DNA of 64,000 nucleotides from an uncultured virus (IMG/VR IMGVR_UViG_3300000117_000020) (IMGVR_UViG_3300000117_000020:1-64000); one strand, 5' to 3'; counted from the first letter of the stretch, positions 18,198-27,945 are shown. Translations and numbers: made by a program. Notes: generated from the letters alone by a model not told the origin.

Positions 18198-19152
18198 ATA
18201 TAAATTGTTTTGCCTTATCAAACCCGTGTAAAGCAACAGCGTCCGATACATCTTTAGCACCCCAATCATTTGGAATGTAAAGATTATCTAAATTATACTC
18301 ACTGCATATTTTAGCAGCCATAGACTGTCCAGGAGTATCATTGTCGTAAAAAATAACTATTTTTTTGAATCTTCCTTGCAGCAATTGCATTTGCAACTTG
18401 CTGGGGAGTTGCATTTCTGACTGCAGAGCAATCCCACGCAACTGCATTGCGTGCAAACACATAACATCTTTGAGGGAAGATGTAATATATAAGACATTAC
18501 CTTTGTCAGGAAGTTGATCATAGCCTTGAACGATGTTTTTATTAGTGTTACTAAACCATTTATTGTTTGTTTCATAAGGAGCGTAAATTTTAAATTTATT
18601 GTTAAACCTAAAAGCATAAGTAGGAGTTTTAGCTTTGAATCTATTTTCATTTATCCAATAGTATGAGATAGGCTTAACTGCAAAGATAGTTAAAATTTTC
18701 TTACTTATACCAAAAGGTTTCCAAAATCGTGCATCTGAAAAATTCCAATTTCTACTCTTTATTTTAATAATAGTGACTTTCTTGTCAACATGTTGATTAC
18801 CATAAAGTGTAGGAACCTTGGACCGCACTACTCCATTTGAACTTACTAGTTTTAAATTAAAATCATTGCTAATTTGAATTAAAGCTTCAGTAAATGTTAC
18901 TCCATATTTAAACTGAACATATCCAAAACAATTAAATGTATGCTCAGGATGTCCAAAATCTTTGTATAATAGATTACCGTTATAAGTAACTACAGATGCT
19001 GAAGGTTTTCTATCCTCTCTCAGCTCGCTGCAAAATTTCTTATTAAGTTCTATAAATACAGAACAGTAGTATTTAAATATGTCAAACTCTGTTATTTTTT
19101 CTAATATTGTGTCTGTGTGTAATATATCATTACTTGGTCTCGATGTTATCAT
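18187..19152 (-). CDS. dnaG: DNA primase (crAss-type, Toprim)
   Basis: N-terminal SELREDRKPS...YKDFG region; Toprim motifs ITSSLKDVMCL, FYDNDTPG, KDVSD. Confidence 0.85.
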   Translation of the reverse strand: MITSRPSNDILHTDTILEKITEFDIFKYYCSVFIELNKKFCSELREDRKPSASVVTYNGNLLYKDFGHPEHTFNCFGYVQFKYGVTFTEALIQISNDFNLKLVSSNGVVRSKVPTLYGNQHVDKKVTIIKIKSRNWNFSDARFWKPFGISKKILTIFAVKPISYYWINENRFKAKTPTYAFRFNNKFKIYAPYETNNKWFSNTNKNIVQGYDQLPDKGNVLYITSSLKDVMCLHAMQLRGIALQSEMQLPSKLQMQLLQGRFKKIVIFYDNDTPGQSMAAKICSEYNLDNLYIPNDWGAKDVSDAVALHGFDKAKQFIYEI

Positions 19153-19168
19153 AAGCTGTGTGTGTTAA

Positions 19169-19225
19169 AATTAAAGGGGGCCCGCCCCCAAGGCGTAAAC
19201 TTTTTACTGTTAGCCCCCTTTAATT
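19169..19225 (-). terminator. 13-bp perfect stem with a structured 31-nt loop (terminator or processing site)
   Basis: AATTAAAGGGGGC / GCCCCCTTTAATT, with an inner CGCC/GGCG mini-stem; lies just after the stop of the SSB-like gene. Confidence 0.6.
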
Positions 19226-19231
19226 AATTAA

Positions 19232-19996
19232 TTAAACCCAGTCTTTATTCTCATCATTAGATGAAAATGGGTCATCACCACCATCAGAGTCAGGAGTTAC
19301 TACAGCTAACTCAGGTTTAAACTCACCCCATTGAAGGTCAGTAGCAAACTCTGCGTTAAATGATCCATACTCGTCGTTTAATGATTTAACAAATAAATCA
19401 TCTCTTTGTGGTTTGATTCTGCCAAATATCTTAGTATAAACTTGTTGATATTTACCATCTTTTACCCCTACTAATAATCGAACTTGGTTTCCTGCTAGTA
19501 TTTTTACTAGTTCTTTTAATTCTGTTACATTTCCTTGCACTATCTTATCAATAGTTTCAAAGTATACGTCTCCACCTGGTGCTACATTAGCCCATGCTTT
19601 AACAAAATTAATTAAAGTTTCCTCACCAGTAAAAGCTTTTCTTGATGTCTCAGGTTTTTGCCACCAGTCATAAGAAGGATTACCTTCTGACCATGTAGAT
19701 TGACCTACAGAGTTTAACCATTGAAATTTACCAGTTTTACTAGTTCTTGTTTTATTTTGCATTAAGACCTCCATTCTAGTAGTTAGATCTTCGTTCTTAA
19801 CCCAAAATACAACTTTAAAATAGTCTTCACCATTTAGTTCTAAGAAATAATTTGGTTCTTGTTTTACTTTAATGTCCATAGCGTGTAGTTCCTGCATTGT
19901 AGGATTTACTGCTACTACATTAAAATTTGAAAGTCCTGAATAACTTTTAATGCTACCCATGACCTCTTGGTCTGAATTGTTGCTTGTTATAGCCAT
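19232..19996 (-). CDS. Putative single-stranded DNA-binding / annealing protein
   Basis: Beta-rich 254 aa with an acidic tail (DSDGGDDPF...DWV); lies between the AAA ATPase and primase. Confidence 0.55.
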   Translation of the reverse strand: MAITSNNSDQEVMGSIKSYSGLSNFNVVAVNPTMQELHAMDIKVKQEPNYFLELNGEDYFKVVFWVKNEDLTTRMEVLMQNKTRTSKTGKFQWLNSVGQSTWSEGNPSYDWWQKPETSRKAFTGEETLINFVKAWANVAPGGDVYFETIDKIVQGNVTELKELVKILAGNQVRLLVGVKDGKYQQVYTKIFGRIKPQRDDLFVKSLNDEYGSFNAEFATDLQWGEFKPELAVVTPDSDGGDDPFSSNDENKDWV

Positions 19997-20013
19997 TTTA
20001 TAAATTTTTAATA

Positions 20014-20442
20014 TTAATATTTGTGTTCATTAGCCCAATCGTCTGCACGAGATTCTAATGTCTCATTGTGCTTATCTTCTTCTTTGTAAAAGACTTCTTC
20101 TTCTGTTTTAGCATCATTAATAGCTTCTAAATTTTCTGCATCTTCTTCAGCTATTTGATCTACTAAGTTAGTTTGTCCAGGTAATACATCAGTATTAACT
20201 GTGTCGTCTACAAAACTAAAAGATAATTTTTTAACTCGTTTAGCTTTCTTACCTTTTAGTACAGGGTGATCAAACATTTGTTTAACTTCCCATGCTTCTA
20301 AACTGTATTTAGCTTTAATACCTGTTCTGTCAATACCATTTTCTAGATCTGTTATGATCATTGATGTAGTAATAACTTCAGGAGTCGTGCTTTGCACCTG
20401 TTCAGTAGTTCCCGTTGTTGGGTTTATTCTCGTTTCTACCAT
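20014..20442 (-). CDS. Hypothetical protein with an acidic C-terminus
   Basis: 142-aa ORF with an A-rich leader. Confidence 0.7.
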   Translation of the reverse strand: MVETRINPTTGTTEQVQSTTPEVITTSMIITDLENGIDRTGIKAKYSLEAWEVKQMFDHPVLKGKKAKRVKKLSFSFVDDTVNTDVLPGQTNLVDQIAEEDAENLEAINDAKTEEEVFYKEEDKHNETLESRADDWANEHKY

Positions 20443-20459
20443 TTTAAATGTGTTTTAAA

Positions 20460-21158
20460 TTAATCAATAAATATTTTACTCCAATCAAGTTCCATTTCTT
20501 GGCCCTTGAGATGATCACACCGCGATCCTGCAGTTATATCATCCATAGAATTAAATGATACCATAGTAGTATCACCTTCTCTATAAATATAACCAATAGC
20601 ATCAGCGTTAGCGCATGTTATTTGTTTAATCTTCCCTGTTAAGTCAAGATCTTTAGAAGAAACTTCTTTTCCTTTCTTATCTAACATCTTATCTTTGAGA
20701 TGACCAACTAATATCACGTGATCTGCTAATTTGTTTAACCTTTCTATCCATCTTTTGAATGCTATTCTTAAGTATAGATAGCCAGCACCATTAGGAAGAG
20801 ATAAAACTGAAATGCCTTTCTGATCTTTATCAAAGTTTTTACCCATAGGAGTAAGTTGATAAATCTTTTTGCCTTCTATTTCACACCATTCCTCAAGTTT
20901 TGTAACTGTATCTATAGCTACATACTTGTATGGTTTTTTGTTTTGCATTATTTTCTTACCAATTTCAGCAAGATCTCCTAGATTACCAGCTTTTAATTTT
21001 AAAGCTTCTATCATATCTGATCCTTCTTCCAAATCAATAATTAAACAATCTTCCAACTTGCTTAATGCAGTTGTTTTGCCTATTTTAGGCGGGCCATAAA
21101 TGACCATGTTTTTAGGTGACTTACGTAAAGCACCAACCTTGTTTTTAGGTAATTCCAT
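20460..21158 (-). CDS. AAA_24 / Sak4-like P-loop ATPase (recombination)
   Basis: IYGPPKIGKTT Walker A, IIDLEEG, VAIDTVT, ILVGH. The likely start is ATG 21158 (MELPKNK). Confidence 0.85.
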   Translation of the reverse strand: MELPKNKVGALRKSPKNMVIYGPPKIGKTTALSKLEDCLIIDLEEGSDMIEALKLKAGNLGDLAEIGKKIMQNKKPYKYVAIDTVTKLEEWCEIEGKKIYQLTPMGKNFDKDQKGISVLSLPNGAGYLYLRIAFKRWIERLNKLADHVILVGHLKDKMLDKKGKEVSSKDLDLTGKIKQITCANADAIGYIYREGDTTMVSFNSMDDITAGSRCDHLKGQEMELDWSKIFID

Positions 21159-21165
21159 ATATATA

Positions 21166-22110
21166 TTATTTTTTGCGTTCTTTAATTGTAAATGTTGACA
21201 TATCTGCTTCATAAGGTATCATACCAAGTAAACCATCACGGTTCTTTTCTATATGACATGCTAATAACCCTTGCGGTTCCTCATTACAGTATGTTTTTGT
21301 TATACCATAAATATCAAATGGCCTATTTAATATCATTACAACATGGGCATCTTGACCAATGCTGTCACCACCAAATAGATCTGTTAAGAGTGGCTGGTAT
21401 TGATTTTTAGCTCTATGCTCTTGTTCTATGTTTCTGTTTAGTTGTGATAATAATATGTTAATAACCTCCATTTTAGACTGCATCCACATGCAACCTTTAG
21501 ATATTTCATTTAGTTTTTGTAGTTCTGAATGTTCATTTTGGCCTTTTATTAATCTAGAGTGGTCAAATACATTAACTACCCTTGCACCTGGAGATTTCAT
21601 AAACACCTGTTCATTTGTTGCTTTAATAAAATCCATAGTTCTAGGTATATTATTAAAGAAAACAGGATACTTATTAAATTTCTGTACAGAGTCAGCATAA
21701 TTTTTAAACTCTTCGTCTTTTAATCTTGCTTCTACAGANAAAAGATCACCTAATTGTTTATTTACACTTTTAGATGCACTACGCATAACTTGNTGATAAC
21801 CTGGCATCTCAAAACTCCAATACAGCACTACCATATCTTTGTTTGTATTTGCATCTAATAAATCAAATACTAATTGATTACTAAATGCAGATTTACCAAC
21901 ACCAGGACGACCTGCAATAACATACATCTTTCCACCCTGTAAACCACCTAATAAATTCTTATTAAGTCTTGGCCACTTGGTAGGATATACATTACGCTTA
22001 CCGTTCATAGCATTTTTTACAATGCTTAGTGATTGATTAACTGCCTTATCTATTCTTTGAAAACCTCTGCCTTTGAATAATTCAGAGCTGTCTTGTGATT
22101 CTTCTGTCAT
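21166..22110 (-). CDS. dnaB: DnaB-like SF4 replicative helicase (RecA-like domain only)
   Basis: IAGRPGVGKS, SFEMP, LLSQLNR, DSIGQDAHVV and EKNRDG motifs. Confidence 0.9.
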   Translation of the reverse strand: MTEESQDSSELFKGRGFQRIDKAVNQSLSIVKNAMNGKRNVYPTKWPRLNKNLLGGLQGGKMYVIAGRPGVGKSAFSNQLVFDLLDANTNKDMVVLYWSFEMPGYXQVMRSASKSVNKQLGDLXSVEARLKDEEFKNYADSVQKFNKYPVFFNNIPRTMDFIKATNEQVFMKSPGARVVNVFDHSRLIKGQNEHSELQKLNEISKGCMWMQSKMEVINILLSQLNRNIEQEHRAKNQYQPLLTDLFGGDSIGQDAHVVMILNRPFDIYGITKTYCNEEPQGLLACHIEKNRDGLLGMIPYEADMSTFTIKERKK

Positions 22111-22621
22111 CGTTAATGTCTTTTATGTTCATATCTTCATACTTTTCCCACGTATGATTATTTATCCAAGTTTCAAAATTTTGTAAGTAACCTAAGTTGT
22201 CACCTTCGTGAGAAAGCTGCATCTTTAAACAATGCATAACATGGCTATGCAAATGCGGTTTATTACTTACAATCTTTTTATATTTATTTCTAGCTTTTTT
22301 ATTGCTAGCTGCCTTTGGATCCTTTGCGTGTAGAACCCTTACACCACGTGTAGGGGATTCTACTTTGAAAGGGTATGCAGAACATAATTCTGCAAACATA
22401 GCATCTGTATCACTAACGAATAGATCTCTAAATTTTTGTTGTATAACGTGTTTAGTAACGTCTTCACCGTAAACAATCCACCCATCAGTTTCTAATCTGG
22501 GTGACACACGCAATTTACCAGCATACGAATATGCTTTTCTGTAAATACTATAAAGATATATATAATCGTCAGGACGTAAGCCTATATCCTGAAGTAAAGA
22601 TAAGTCAATTTCTATTTTCAT
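22082..22621 (-). CDS. Putative replication initiator / helicase-loader (replisome organiser-like)
   Basis: FAELCSAYP.K...KARNKY...YLQNFETWINNHTWE resembles the F..YP.K...TWLN...W domain of phage initiators; overlaps dnaB. Confidence 0.5.
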   Translation of the reverse strand: MKIEIDLSLLQDIGLRPDDYIYLYSIYRKAYSYAGKLRVSPRLETDGWIVYGEDVTKHVIQQKFRDLFVSDTDAMFAELCSAYPFKVESPTRGVRVLHAKDPKAASNKKARNKYKKIVSNKPHLHSHVMHCLKMQLSHEGDNLGYLQNFETWINNHTWEKYEDMNIKDINDDRRITRQL

Positions 22622-22622
22622 C

Positions 22623-23822
22623 CTAATTTATTTCATTTATTTTGTCAATCCAGTTGACATTAGTTAAACCTTTTACTGCTGATTTTAACCACTTTTCTTC
22701 TTGTGTATCTTTTATATAAAGAACAACAATTTTACCTACTTTTTCTTCTTGAAAACGTAGTAATCGTCCCACACGCTGGATCATAGTTAATGATTTACTT
22801 GTTAGTCCAGATATAATACCATAGTCTGCATCAGGCACATCAAAACCTTGATTAAGTGCTTTAGTTGAACACAATACATTAACTTTTTTATCCTTAAAAG
22901 ACGTTAATGCGTTTTCTTTTTGCTTTTTTGTCTTCTTAGAATGATATGCTAATGCAAGAGGTTCTAAAGCTTCACAGATTTGATCTGTAAAGTCATTAGC
23001 ACCTGAAAATGTTAATACTCTTTTCTTTAAGTTAGATAATACTATCTTTTGTATTGCAGTAATTTTATTAATCGCAAAATCTACTATAGCTTTACGCTGT
23101 CTAATGGCCTTGTAAAATAATACAGCCCATTGTTTTTCATGACCACCAGCATTACTGCTAGCAAGAATTCTTTTGGCCTCATTAAAAGCATCAAATTGTC
23201 CCAACTTATATTTGTAGTGGACAAACATGTTATTTGCTTTTTTATAATCTTTAGCCTCTTCCTCTGTCAATGTAACAGGTAAACAATAAATTTTATAAGG
23301 AGATACTAATCCTAACCCTACACACTCATCCAATGTTAATTCATAGGCTACAGGAGCAAGAGTCATTAACTTTGCTTTGTATTCTAATTCTTCAGGTTGA
23401 GTTGCAGTCATACATAATAATCTATCACATGTATTGTTTTCAAAAAATTTAATGTGTTCTGTACTTAAACCTAAGTGTATCTCATCTGCTACTACAATAT
23501 TATAAAATTGATTTTGTAGTTTATATGCAGACTGATAACAAACAATATCAACGCGATCTAGAACATCTGAATATTTCCATTTATTAAATTCATCTTCAAA
23601 CTGTTCTTGCAATTGTATGGTTGGGACTAATACTATTCCTCTAGCTGCTTGATTCCTTCTTAAGGTTTCACCTACAGCTAGCACGCCTACACGGGACTTA
23701 CCAAATCCAGTACCTGCAATTACAGATCCTTTAAATCCAGCTTTAGCCCATGCATTCAGTGCTTTTTTCTGTTCTCTATCTTTTATTTCTATGCAGTTAC
23801 TCATTGTTTTAATTATCTTCAT
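22623..23822 (-). CDS. Superfamily 2 DNA helicase (XPB/UvsW-like)
   Basis: AGTGFGKS, VLVPT, DEIH, TAT, GFDVP and QRVGRLLR motifs. Confidence 0.9.
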   Translation of the reverse strand: MKIIKTMSNCIEIKDREQKKALNAWAKAGFKGSVIAGTGFGKSRVGVLAVGETLRRNQAARGIVLVPTIQLQEQFEDEFNKWKYSDVLDRVDIVCYQSAYKLQNQFYNIVVADEIHLGLSTEHIKFFENNTCDRLLCMTATQPEELEYKAKLMTLAPVAYELTLDECVGLGLVSPYKIYCLPVTLTEEEAKDYKKANNMFVHYKYKLGQFDAFNEAKRILASSNAGGHEKQWAVLFYKAIRQRKAIVDFAINKITAIQKIVLSNLKKRVLTFSGANDFTDQICEALEPLALAYHSKKTKKQKENALTSFKDKKVNVLCSTKALNQGFDVPDADYGIISGLTSKSLTMIQRVGRLLRFQEEKVGKIVVLYIKDTQEEKWLKSAVKGLTNVNWIDKINEIN

Positions 23823-24036
23823 GGTATTCAGTTATTTCTTTTTCTAATTCATACATTTCATCAGGACAAAACTCATACAAAAAATCTGAGATCTCTTTCT
23901 CAAACAAATACGCAGCTTCCACTTCTACACTACTCCCCACCCCTGGATAGTCTTGTGTAGAAGCTTCAGCTGGTATATAATTATATTCTATATCTAATTC
24001 CCAATCATTTATTTTCTTTGTGTAATTTGATTTCAT
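23809..24036 (-). CDS. Small acidic hypothetical protein
   Basis: 75-aa ORF overlapping both neighbours. Confidence 0.7.
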   Translation of the reverse strand: MKSNYTKKINDWELDIEYNYIPAEASTQDYPGVGSSVEVEAAYLFEKEISDFLYEFCPDEMYELEKEITEYHEDN

Positions 24037-24440
24037 AACGCTTTCTTTAATTTACCTTCTAATATTTCTACTCTTAATAACAAATTATTAATTACATCAT
24101 AAACATCTTCTTCTACATATTCATTTTTATCTACTATGTTTTTAACATAATCAAATTGTATTCGATAATCTTTATCAAACTGATAAAAACTATCATGTTG
24201 TAAAAGACTATGTCTAATTGTAGCATGGTCTTTATCAAAATAACCAGCTATATGTAATGCAGGCATTTGTAACCTTTCAGTTAACAATACATAGCACACA
24301 CGCCTAGCATCTACTAGATTTCTAGTTCTAGTAGCATTTCTTAATTCACCTTTTTTAGTTCCTAAAGCTTTACACATCATTTCAATCATATGCATAGCCT
24401 CTTTATATCTAGGATGGCCTTTACTTACTTCGTATCTCAT
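24033..24440 (-). CDS. DnaA domain IV (Bac_DnaA_C)-like HTH DNA-binding protein
   Basis: TRTRNLVDARRVCYVLL...IAGYFDKDHATIRHS matches the DnaA C-terminal R..AR..MYL...IG..F..RDHTTV.H signature. Confidence 0.75.
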   Translation of the reverse strand: MRYEVSKGHPRYKEAMHMIEMMCKALGTKKGELRNATRTRNLVDARRVCYVLLTERLQMPALHIAGYFDKDHATIRHSLLQHDSFYQFDKDYRIQFDYVKNIVDKNEYVEEDVYDVINNLLLRVEILEGKLKKAL

Positions 24441-24448
24441 AATTTAAA

Positions 24449-26344
24449 TTATTTTGACCATGTTTTAGATATGTGTGTATCTGCTTTCAATAGTCCATTA
24501 GTTACTATAGTTTTTGCTGCTTGTTCCATTAATAGAGTCATTTGTTTTTTCCATGTTTTAGTGTAGCTATTACTACAAATAGTATCTATCTGATCATGTA
24601 CAGTCATTACCATTTTAACAGGTATATTATTCTCTCTAATATATTTGTGAATAATTACTAATGCTAATTTAGTCATGTCTGCACTTGCACCTTGTATTGG
24701 TGTGTTTTTTGATGCACGTTCAATACTACCAATCTCCATCATAGAAGATTTGTTGTTCCAAATTCGTGGATACCATGTACTAAACCATCTCTTTCTATTA
24801 AATGGGGGAAAAGTTTTAATGTAACCATATTGTTTACCAAAGTTACCAAGCTTTTCTAAGAACCCTTTAATAGAAGGAAATGCTTTAAAGTATTCATCTA
24901 TTAAATCTACAGCAGCTTGTTTACTAATTTGTAAAGTATCTGCCAATTTAAATGGACCCATACCATAAGCTAAACCAAAGTTAATTGCTTTAACATTATT
25001 TCTGAGAGTTTGGTGCTGAGGACANTCACACTTTACCCTACCCCTAAGGTAAGCGCAGTTGTCTTCAGCAGCCGTACTCCACTTTTCCTTATAAACTAGT
25101 TCAGCACATACACTATGAAGATCTTGTCCATCTTCTAGTGCTTGTATCCAAACAGGATCTTTAGAACCAAAAGCAATGACGTTTAACTCTTGACTAGTGT
25201 AGTCAGAGCTTACAAACGACCAGCCTTCAGGAGCTATGAAACAATTTCTAAAGTCATTGTTTGCAGGAATTTGTTGCATATTAGGATCACTAGAGCTTAC
25301 ACGCCCCGTATCCAGTATTTGATGAAAGTTAGTGTGAATCTTGCCATCACTCTTAAAGTATTTAAAGAATGGTTTACCATATGATGTACAGAGCTTCATA
25401 TACTCTTTGTATCGTATGTACTTGCTAACTAAGCCATATTTTCTATGCTTATACAATTCTTTACCATTAACATTTTCTAACTCAGGGATTAGCCTATTAA
25501 AGACTCTTAACACCTGTTTAGGTGAGTCCCAATTCACACCAACTTTTCTCAACTTTTCATGTCCAGTAAATAAATCTCCTTGAACATATTTTAATACAAA
25601 CGGTTCTAATCTTGGATCTTGTAAGACTGCATTATCTAAATCTTGATAATACTCTTTGGCTTTACCTTCATTCTCATTATCAAGTTTTAACCATGCCTCT
25701 TGATCTAAATCTAATCCGTTGTATTCTATATCAGAAAAAGCTAGCACAGCCATGTTTTCAAGCTGAACTAACTCTTCTAATTTTTTATCTGCTATTTGTG
25801 GTAATTGTTTTAATCTAATGTCAATTAGATATTCTACGTCTTCAGCACCATACTGCATTTGTTTATCAGTGTAAGGTTGTCCTTGTAATTTAACAAATTG
25901 ATTTCTTGTGTCTTTGTCCAAGTCTTTATCAAAATAGTTTTTAACTAAGTCTTTTAACCCATATTTTGGTCCTCTTTTACCACAGTGTAGCACTCTTTCT
26001 GTTAAAAATGTATCATAAACATTAACTAGCTCTATATTAGCCCATTTCCTAATGAATTTATAATCAAATTTAGCATTATGTAATATTTTAATGATTTTCT
26101 TGCTTTCTAATATTTCTCGTAAAGGTTCAATAGATGCTACTCTTGTATCAAATATAAATTGATGAGTCTTATCACCTATTTGGAACATTATCATTTTCTT
26201 AGAAGTAAAGTCCATACCTTCTGTTTCTGTATCGACACCTAATACCTCTTTATCTTTTAGATAACTAACTGCAAAATCTGTAGTTGCATTAATACAACAA
26301 CTAATGTCTGCTGACAAACCTTTATTTCCTATATAATAAATCAT
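24449..26344 (-). CDS. polA: Family A DNA polymerase (3'-5' exonuclease + polymerase, no 5'-3' exonuclease)
   Basis: VDTETEG, HNAKFD, YGAEDV, TGRVSSSDPNMQQIP, DYTSQE, KAINFGLAYG, NTPIQGASADMTK, TVHDQ. Confidence 0.95.
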   Translation of the reverse strand: MIYYIGNKGLSADISCCINATTDFAVSYLKDKEVLGVDTETEGMDFTSKKMIMFQIGDKTHQFIFDTRVASIEPLREILESKKIIKILHNAKFDYKFIRKWANIELVNVYDTFLTERVLHCGKRGPKYGLKDLVKNYFDKDLDKDTRNQFVKLQGQPYTDKQMQYGAEDVEYLIDIRLKQLPQIADKKLEELVQLENMAVLAFSDIEYNGLDLDQEAWLKLDNENEGKAKEYYQDLDNAVLQDPRLEPFVLKYVQGDLFTGHEKLRKVGVNWDSPKQVLRVFNRLIPELENVNGKELYKHRKYGLVSKYIRYKEYMKLCTSYGKPFFKYFKSDGKIHTNFHQILDTGRVSSSDPNMQQIPANNDFRNCFIAPEGWSFVSSDYTSQELNVIAFGSKDPVWIQALEDGQDLHSVCAELVYKEKWSTAAEDNCAYLRGRVKCXCPQHQTLRNNVKAINFGLAYGMGPFKLADTLQISKQAAVDLIDEYFKAFPSIKGFLEKLGNFGKQYGYIKTFPPFNRKRWFSTWYPRIWNNKSSMMEIGSIERASKNTPIQGASADMTKLALVIIHKYIRENNIPVKMVMTVHDQIDTICSNSYTKTWKKQMTLLMEQAAKTIVTNGLLKADTHISKTWSK

Positions 26345-26523
26345 ATGTTTTTGTGTTTTATAACAAAGTTAACTACGGCTCTCCCGTATTCTATATTGTA
26401 CCTTTGTCCTGCAAATATAAATGTGTTTTGATCTTTATCAATTGCCTTTTTATAAGAAGGCATAAACTCAGAGTCAAATGATCCGTCTCGAACCATTTGC
26501 TCAATAGATTTCATATGTCCCAT
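26341..26523 (-). CDS. Small hypothetical protein
   Basis: ATGA overlap with polA; probable start MGHMK. Confidence 0.65.
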   Translation of the reverse strand: MGHMKSIEQMVRDGSFDSEFMPSYKKAIDKDQNTFIFAGQRYNIEYGRAVVNFVIKHKNI

Positions 26524-26546
26524 TACGCAGAGTTTAAACATTACTA

Positions 26547-26580
26547 GAAAAAATAAGGGGAAACTTTTGGTTCCCCCTTA
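26547..26580 (-). terminator. Intrinsic terminator
   Basis: On the minus strand: TAAGGGGGAAC-CAAAA-GTTTCCCCTTA followed by TTTTTT. Confidence 0.75.
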
Positions 26581-26662
26581 CTTACACACATTTGCTTGGT
26601 TTTTAATTAGATTGTATTAACAACAAATTATTTAAGATCTGTTATCTCTAATATCACACAAG

Positions 26663-26693
26663 CAAATATAAACAATTTATTTATAATACACAA
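26663..26693 (-). promoter_or_regulatory. Bacteroidota sigma70-type promoter (-33 TTG / -7 TAnnTTTG)
   Basis: Minus strand TTG-N20-TATATTTG, facing the polA operon. Confidence 0.7.
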
Positions 26694-26711
26694 GTATTAT
26701 AAAGAATTTAT

Positions 26712-27335
26712 TTATACTATAAATTCATCGGCTGTCTCTACAACTTTATCAGCTGTAACCCCCTGATTTACAGGTGTTTGTGTAGTCTGTGTATCAGACT
26801 CTAATAATGTATGAACTATTTTCTGCTCAGGTTTAGCAAGAACCATTTCTGTTCTTGAGAAGATGTAATCACCACTATGAGTAATATAATCACCATCTTT
26901 ACCTGCACGTTTAGCAGCTTTTTCTACGTTATCTAGTTCCCACTCATTAGCTTCTTTAGATGTAACTTCTACAATTCTCATTTTAAATCTGTAGTCTGTT
27001 CCATTTAAAGCAACAAATGGGTTTAAGATATTAAGATCCATTTGCATACCTCTTTCACTGTCGTACCAATCTTGGTTTCCTTCAGAAAAATCTACTCCAA
27101 ATGTTTTAGTTGCATCAACTGGTTCTGCAGTTGTCCATGATCTTCTAGCACCACTGCTAAATCTGCTATCACTAGCATTTAATAAAGATAAAGCATTAGC
27201 AGGTTTATCACTTGCAGATATTTTCTCTGCAAATTCTAATTGAATCTTGCCATTGTTTACTTGTCTTGCACCAATCAATAATGTTTGGCCTGGTTGTAGG
27301 GATTCTATTGATCCACTATTAAGATTATTTTCCAT
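26712..27335 (-). CDS. Hypothetical protein
   Basis: 207-aa ORF. Confidence 0.75.
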   Translation of the reverse strand: MENNLNSGSIESLQPGQTLLIGARQVNNGKIQLEFAEKISASDKPANALSLLNASDSRFSSGARRSWTTAEPVDATKTFGVDFSEGNQDWYDSERGMQMDLNILNPFVALNGTDYRFKMRIVEVTSKEANEWELDNVEKAAKRAGKDGDYITHSGDYIFSRTEMVLAKPEQKIVHTLLESDTQTTQTPVNQGVTADKVVETADEFIV

Positions 27336-27354
27336 AATATTCTTATTTTTAATG

Positions 27355-27648
27355 TTATTTAATTAATTGTTTGAAATCATTTGTGTTTGTTATTAAATGT
27401 ATATTGCCTGCATCTTTAGACATTTCTGAAAATGGTCTTGCTTGTTGACTCATTTCTTCAAAATATATCTCATTTTTGGCTAACCACGGTATGATCTCCC
27501 CGACCGTAGTTATTGCATTTGTACAATCCTCAATAAATAAAATTGCATCAAATGCACTATTAAATTGAATTGTATCTGTTTCACATAAATCTAGGACATT
27601 TGCTGTGTGATCTCCTAGTAAATCACATTCAAATTTTACTTTGTACAT
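27355..27648 (-). CDS. Hypothetical protein
   Basis: 97-aa ORF. Confidence 0.7.
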   Translation of the reverse strand: MYKVKFECDLLGDHTANVLDLCETDTIQFNSAFDAILFIEDCTNAITTVGEIIPWLAKNEIYFEEMSQQARPFSEMSKDAGNIHLITNTNDFKQLIK

Positions 27649-27676
27649 GTTGTTAAGGGTTTTTAAATGTTAGTAT

Positions 27677-27790
27677 TTATTCTAAATCTTGTTCGTAATA
27701 ATAGTCACACCATTCATTACAATTTGTACAAATAGGTGTGTCTGAGTTTGTTGGTGCATCACAGCACTCACTAATAACGTCTAATTCCAT
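27677..27790 (-). CDS. 37-aa Zn-finger-like microprotein
   Basis: Read by hand: MELDVISECCDAPTNSDTPICTNCNEWCDYYYEQDLE; overlaps the upstream ORF. Confidence 0.65.
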   Translation of the reverse strand: MELDVISECCDAPTNSDTPICTNCNEWCDYYYEQDLE

Positions 27791-27945
27791 GGTGTCATTA
27801 TTTTATCATTCCAATATATCCATGACCTTTCTTTTCTACGATCATATTTCTTTAAATCACCAATTTGCCTTTCTATAGCAAATGTCGTGGCTGCTTTTCT
27901 CCCTTGCAACCACGCTATTATATAGTATTTTAATTTATTCATCAT
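27781..27945 (-). CDS. 54-aa hypothetical protein
   Basis: Read by hand: MMNKLKYYIIAWLQGRK...WNDKIMTPWN; ATGA-coupled to the upstream ORF. Confidence 0.6.
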   Translation of the reverse strand: MMNKLKYYIIAWLQGRKAATTFAIERQIGDLKKYDRRKERSWIYWNDKIMTPWN

